Assembly (NCBI GenBank): GCA_002687905.1 | Contig: NZBM01000008.1 | Location: 1-61,912, forward strand | Direction of reading: 5' to 3' | DNA from: a bacterium | Lineage (GTDB): Bacteria > Patescibacteriota > Minisyncoccia > Phycocordibacterales > JABMNX01 | Length of the DNA stretch: 61,912 nucleotides | In this document: positions 57,894-61,912 of the stretch, piece after piece | Layout of the letters: each line of letters opens with the position of its first letter | Numbering within the stretch: position 1 is the stretch's first letter | Notes under the pieces: model-generated | Told to the model about the DNA's origin: nothing | Database searches by the model: none | The model's input: only the letters and a program-made list of their open reading frames with translations | Position numbers and translations under genes: made by a program

Positions 57894-58002
57894 CCACGCT
57901 GAGAAGAAAATGAGGTAAGCAGGACAAGGGAGGGTCCTGCTAGCCTCATAATCACAATTCACACAAAAACCGCCGGAAGGCGTTTTTTTATTTCTAAAAC
58001 AA

Positions 58003-58044
58003 CAATTCTCCAGTTTTGCACCATGGTGCAAAACTGGAGAATGG
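58003..58044. repeat. 42-bp palindrome (REP-like family A)
   Basis: ATTCTCCAGTTTTGCACCA/TGGTGCAAAACTGGAGAAT. Confidence 0.85.
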
Positions 58045-58069
58045 TAAATATTATAAATTCTGCTTTTAA

Positions 58070-58720
58070 TTATATGCTTCTCGCGTCCTCTATTTTAAAG
58101 TTTCCTATACTTATGCGTCTAAGCTCAGCCACCGTGGCAGGATGTCCCAATCGTTTTCCAAATTCCTCTGCTAATGATCGTATATAGGTACCACTACTTA
58201 CATTAAATTCTACTTTAACTACCGCTCTCTTTTTTTCCAAATCATACGATATATCGTATGATTTTGCGCTATAGACAATCATCTTCCTTTCCGATGGTTT
58301 AAACTCTTCTCCTCGCCTAGCTTTTTTGTAAAGTGGTTCCCCTCTTTCCTTTATTGCAGAGTATCTCGGTACCGGCAAAGTTAGCCCCCCTACCATTTCT
58401 TGAAGCATGTTTTTAACTTTACTCACATCTAACTCATTGACTTCACTCTCCTCTATTATCTTCCCTTCTAAATCCCCTGTGTCTCTTTTTTCACCAACTA
58501 AAATATCTACTAGGTAAACTTTATCTAGTTTTAAGTATTCATTTAGCTTTTTAGTTCCCTCCCCAACCCCGACTATTAAAAGCCCTGTAGCAAGAGGGTC
58601 AAGCGTGCCAGCGTGGCCGATTTTCTTAATCCCAAGTTCTTTTCTAAGTTCTCGTATTACATCAAAGGAAGTAATCCCTTTGGGTTTGTCTATGAGAATA
58701 ATATTCTCATTAAGCGACAT
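58070..58720 (-). CDS. truB: tRNA pseudouridine(55) synthase TruB
   Basis: DKPKGITS, GHAGTLDPLATG, GTYIRSL. Confidence 0.96.
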   Translation of the reverse strand: MSLNENIILIDKPKGITSFDVIRELRKELGIKKIGHAGTLDPLATGLLIVGVGEGTKKLNEYLKLDKVYLVDILVGEKRDTGDLEGKIIEESEVNELDVSKVKNMLQEMVGGLTLPVPRYSAIKERGEPLYKKARRGEEFKPSERKMIVYSAKSYDISYDLEKKRAVVKVEFNVSSGTYIRSLAEEFGKRLGHPATVAELRRISIGNFKIEDARSI

Positions 58721-58970
58721 GGATTTGCCTATTTAAAAGAGTTACAAGAAGAGCCGCTACAGCTGCAGCAACAAAAGCTATTTTAATCGAGCCAAAAGAT
58801 ACAAAGATTACAACGAGTCCGAGTATTAAAACCCTTCCTACTCCAAGAGCCATTTCGCGAAGCGTCGTAAATTCATCTATATAGTGACTATTGTCAGCAG
58901 AATGGTCATACATATTTGCATTAAGAGAGAGCATAGAAAAAGATTGGAAGAAAAACACTAACAATACCAA
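58710..58970 (-). pseudogene. C-terminal fragment of an MFS-like transporter
   Basis: EFTTLREMALGVGR plus TM helices; no intact upstream frame. Confidence 0.5.
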
Positions 58971-59125
58971 AAGCTATCTGCATTGCTAATCGGTTAAGAT
59001 ATAGAACTTTAGTATTGTGTGAAAAACTGATTCCTTTGAAATCTTTTACTGAAAGGCGCATCTACAAATTATATCAAACAACAGCGCCACGTTTGCCGCT
59101 TGATTCACAATTAAAGCTAAATGAA

Positions 59126-59167
59126 TCAATACTATAAACTTCGTCATGACGAAGATTATAGTATTGA
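59126..59167. repeat. 42-bp near-perfect palindrome centred on CATG
   Basis: TCAATACTATAAACTTCGTCA/TGACGAAGATTATAGTATTGA, 1 mismatch. Confidence 0.75.
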
Positions 59168-59187
59168 ATTATGAATTTCCTTTTCTA

Positions 59188-60144
59188 TTAACCGCGGATT
59201 ATTAAGAAAACAAAGTAGGCTACATAAGCGAGCATTAAAAGAAGGCCCTCTGCGCGCGAGATATGGTATTTCTTACCAATCAAGACCGCTACCGTGGTAA
59301 ATATTAGCGCCGCAAGAAGTGACGCAAAAATATCAAAGCGAAGCTCTGGGGCTACTACTATTGGTTTTATTAAAGCTGTTGTTCCTAACACCCCAAAAAG
59401 TCCGAATATATTTGAGCCAATAATATTTCCTATAGCTAGTCCTGGCTGTTTTTTTATTGCCGCTACAATTGATACTGTAAACTCAGGCACGGAAGTTCCA
59501 ATAGCAACCAGTGTAAATCCTACAAAAGCGGGACTTAGGCGAAGAAGTTCTGCAATAGTAATGGCTCCATCAACTACAAAACGCCCTCCAATAAATACCC
59601 CAATAAATCCAAGCATGATCAGAACTATAGAGTTAAATATTGTGAAAACTCTGTAAGCTGTCTCATCTCCGTCAGCATTTCTTCTATTCAGCATAAACAC
59701 AAACCAGAAGATAAGGAGTGTGACTAGTACCGCTCCTTCAGGTCTTGATATTCCATTTGTTGCAGTTCCAAAAAATGGAATAAGAATAGCCGCAGACGCA
59801 GTTAGCACTACTACGAGGTTTAGTGGCACATCGCGCATTATCCAGCCCTGTTTAAGCGCAAGAGGTGTAATAACTGAAATAAAGCCGAGCAAGAAAAGAG
59901 TGTTAAAAGTATGGCTTCCAATGATAGTAGCAAGCCCTATATTATGGCCGTTAAATACCGAAGCTACGTTAATAGCAAATTCTGGAAGTGAAGTTCCTAT
60001 TCCCACTACCACAGCCCCTATAAACCACGTTGAGACCCCGAGAAGCTTTGCAATTGAGGCAGATCCATTTACTAAAATTTGCGCTCCTTTTACAAGAACA
60101 TAAAAACCCACTGCAAAGAGTGAGACTGAAATAAGCGTTTCCAT
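59188..60144 (-). CDS. calcium/sodium antiporter (CaCA, YrbG-like)
   Basis: duplicated GTSLPE/GTSVPE and GNIIGSN alpha-repeats. Confidence 0.93.
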   Translation of the reverse strand: METLISVSLFAVGFYVLVKGAQILVNGSASIAKLLGVSTWFIGAVVVGIGTSLPEFAINVASVFNGHNIGLATIIGSHTFNTLFLLGFISVITPLALKQGWIMRDVPLNLVVVLTASAAILIPFFGTATNGISRPEGAVLVTLLIFWFVFMLNRRNADGDETAYRVFTIFNSIVLIMLGFIGVFIGGRFVVDGAITIAELLRLSPAFVGFTLVAIGTSVPEFTVSIVAAIKKQPGLAIGNIIGSNIFGLFGVLGTTALIKPIVVAPELRFDIFASLLAALIFTTVAVLIGKKYHISRAEGLLLMLAYVAYFVFLIIRG

Positions 60145-60171
60145 TAAGAAATATTATCTCATAAAAACCGA

Positions 60172-60201
60172 AACGCCGCGGGCTTCAAACTCCGCGGCGT
60201 T
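60172..60201 (-). terminator. terminator downstream of the recombinase ORF
   Basis: AACGCCGCGG/CCGCGGCGTT stem, T-rich tail on minus strand. Confidence 0.65.
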
Positions 60202-60246
60202 ACTCTTTATGGTCATTTCCCGAAAGTCGTTATATAATTCCCGCAC

Positions 60247-61803
60247 TTAAATATAGACGGCCCTATCGTCTAACGGTTTAGGACACCACCCTCTCACGGT
60301 GGAAATCGGGGTTCGATTCCCCGTAGGGTCACAATTTAGAACTTTTCCCAACGCGCGTCGCTCCGCGACGAATTCAGACAGAACTGGCGCGCCGAAGCGC
60401 GCGGATTTGTCACGAACCGTAGGGTTCGTTCCAACTTTTTTAATGAAGGAGCTGATTTCGTATAAATCTTGCGAGAAGCTCAAAAATTGGGCTTGTTTCG
60501 TATCTAAAATCCATTCCCGCAGGGGTTCGACCCAATTATTTCCCACACATTCAAAATCTTTCCTTTTCTCCTGCAAAGTAAGCGATTCTCTCATAAGCTT
60601 GTCTTTCTTGGCGAGGTAAATATCTTTAGGAACATCACCATCAATAAAAGCCGAGACAAGACGGTCAAGCTTCTCCTCGCTTGCTTTGATTTTGTTTGTA
60701 AGATTTTGAAGCGTACTTTGCGATGAGTGACTTTCTTCTTTCTCCCATGTATCAACTTGTTTGAGCATTTCATCAGTCACATCATCGGAAAGCGAAATTG
60801 TTTGCAGTCGTTCCTTTACCTCTGCGACAAGAGACTCTTCACGCAAATATCCTTGGGAACATATTCCTTTCTTTTTCGTACATCGATAGTAGCGATATCT
60901 GCCACCGCACTTTCCTGTCGCCCACTGCGCAGTGATCATACTCCCGCACTCGCCGCAACGAAAAAGCCCAACAAACGGAAAGTTGTGCGCGGTCTTGGTT
61001 TTGCGCGGGCGCTCTCGCGTCGCAAGGACTTTCTGCACGGCTTCAAACAATTTCGGGGAAATAATTGGCGCAAAGCTTCCGTCAAACCATTCCTCCTTAT
61101 GCTTCACAAAACCTAGATACGCTCTGTTTGTAAGCAGTCGTTTGATGGAAGCTTTGCCAAGTGGCGCACCTTTGGAAGTAGTTACTCCGTGGAGCGCCAA
61201 AAAGTCGGCGAGAGATTCGTATGAATATGTTCCTTTTGCATACTCACGAAAAGCGCGAGCAATAATTTTAGAATGAGTCGGATGCGGTTCGATATTGCGA
61301 GTCTTTGGATTGTTCACATAACCAAAAGGTGCTTTCGTGAGCCACTCACCTCGCCGTACTTTTTGGCGCATACCTCGCTTGGTATTTTCTACCAAATTAT
61401 CGGAGTAATACTTCGATTGACCGAACGCCACTTGAAGCATAAAGAGTCCCTGCGGGGTAGGTTCAAACCAAAAAGTCGGAAAACGCAAAGACGTAATTTT
61501 CTTTTGATCGACAAGATAAATGATGCGACCACCATCTACACTATTTCGCGCGAGTCTATCTGGATGCCATGCGAGAATACCCGCATTCTCCATTTCCTCA
61601 ATCTTCGCCATCATTTTATTAAACACACTTCTCCCCGGAGTCTTTGCGCTTTTCGACTCTTGAAATGTCTCAACAATTTCAAGATTTTCTTTGCGAGCAA
61701 ATTCACGAAGCTCAAAGAGTTGCGCTTCAATACTCATGACTTGTTTGTCATCATCCTCCGTACTCTTGCGAGCATAAAGAAAATATTTTGGTTTGATGTT
61801 CAT
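60247..61803 (-). CDS. large serine recombinase
   Basis: YARKS catalytic motif, DRLARN, recombinase domain (PFGY, NRAYLG), Zn ribbon CGEC...YYRC...C, coiled coil. Confidence 0.95.
   Translation of the reverse strand: MNIKPKYFLYARKSTEDDDKQVMSIEAQLFELREFARKENLEIVETFQESKSAKTPGRSVFNKMMAKIEEMENAGILAWHPDRLARNSVDGGRIIYLVDQKKITSLRFPTFWFEPTPQGLFMLQVAFGQSKYYSDNLVENTKRGMRQKVRRGEWLTKAPFGYVNNPKTRNIEPHPTHSKIIARAFREYAKGTYSYESLADFLALHGVTTSKGAPLGKASIKRLLTNRAYLGFVKHKEEWFDGSFAPIISPKLFEAVQKVLATRERPRKTKTAHNFPFVGLFRCGECGSMITAQWATGKCGGRYRYYRCTKKKGICSQGYLREESLVAEVKERLQTISLSDDVTDEMLKQVDTWEKEESHSSQSTLQNLTNKIKASEEKLDRLVSAFIDGDVPKDIYLAKKDKLMRESLTLQEKRKDFECVGNNWVEPLREWILDTKQAQFLSFSQDLYEISSFIKKVGTNPTVRDKSARFGAPVLSEFVAERRALGKVLNCDPTGNRTPISTVRGWCPKPLDDRAVYI
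60259..60331 (+). tRNA. tRNA-Glu(CTC)
   Basis: GGCCCTA/TAGGGTC acceptor stem, CCACC-CT-CTC-AC-GGTGG anticodon arm, GGTTCGATTCC T-arm; no encoded CCA. Confidence 0.96.
60329..60411. repeat. left arm of 83-bp perfect inverted repeat
   Basis: exact reverse complement of 61828-61910. Confidence 0.95.
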
Positions 61804-61827
61804 ATAGCTTTTAGATACGAAACAAGA

Positions 61828-61910
61828 GACAAATCCGCGCGCTTCGGCGCGCCAGTTCTGTCTGAATTCGTCGCGGAGCGACGCGCGTTGGGAAAAGTTC
61901 TAAATTGTGA
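61828..61910. repeat. right arm of 83-bp perfect inverted repeat
   Basis: exact reverse complement of 60329-60411. Confidence 0.95.
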
Positions 61911-61912
61911 AG

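Noticed and set aside
60299..61276. Plus-strand ORFs overlapping the recombinase as a directionality factor or cargo
   Set aside because: They are antisense shadows without recognisable motifs or SD; the same applies to the many short antisense ORFs elsewhere in the track.
1..61912. CRISPR array or cas operon
   Set aside because: No regularly spaced direct repeats were seen. The Cas4-like nuclease at 14785 stands alone in a repair-gene cluster.
1..61912. Alternative genetic code (UGA=Gly, code 25)
   Set aside because: Conserved genes such as ychF, leuS, dnaK and mraY are full length and end at TGA.

Overview
This is a gene-dense chromosomal segment from a genome-reduced bacterium using genetic code 11. 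Gene content and style point to Patescibacteria/CPR, probably Parcubacteria (inference): short AlaRS, archaeal-type AspRS, DUF5671, a sigma4+HARE-HTH protein and an FtsA-like/baseplate-J-like pair. Most of it is housekeeping: leuS, alaS, trpS, aspS, gltX, cysS, the infA-rpmJ-rpsM-rpsK-rpsD-rpoA-rplQ-rplM-rpsI cluster, grpE-dnaK-dnaJ, scpAB, mraY-ftsW-murG, dnaB-recR, rmuC and transporters. The unusual signals are mostly non-coding. (1) A large serine recombinase gene lies inside an 83-bp perfect inverted repeat that abuts tRNA-Glu, and its reading frame runs antisense through the tRNA; this is a candidate self-inverting recombinase module. (2) A ~125-nt structured element with terminal inverted repeats sits exactly at ATGAA start codons (rpmJ, ftsW), and short relatives lie next to duplicated gene termini (leuS 5' end, yqeY 3' end). 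(3) Several REP-like palindrome families occur, some directly upstream of promoter-orphan-terminator units. (4) Three tandem GC-rich candidate sRNA genes lie next to a dif-like site, where gene orientation switches. Everything was read by eye and no database search was run.
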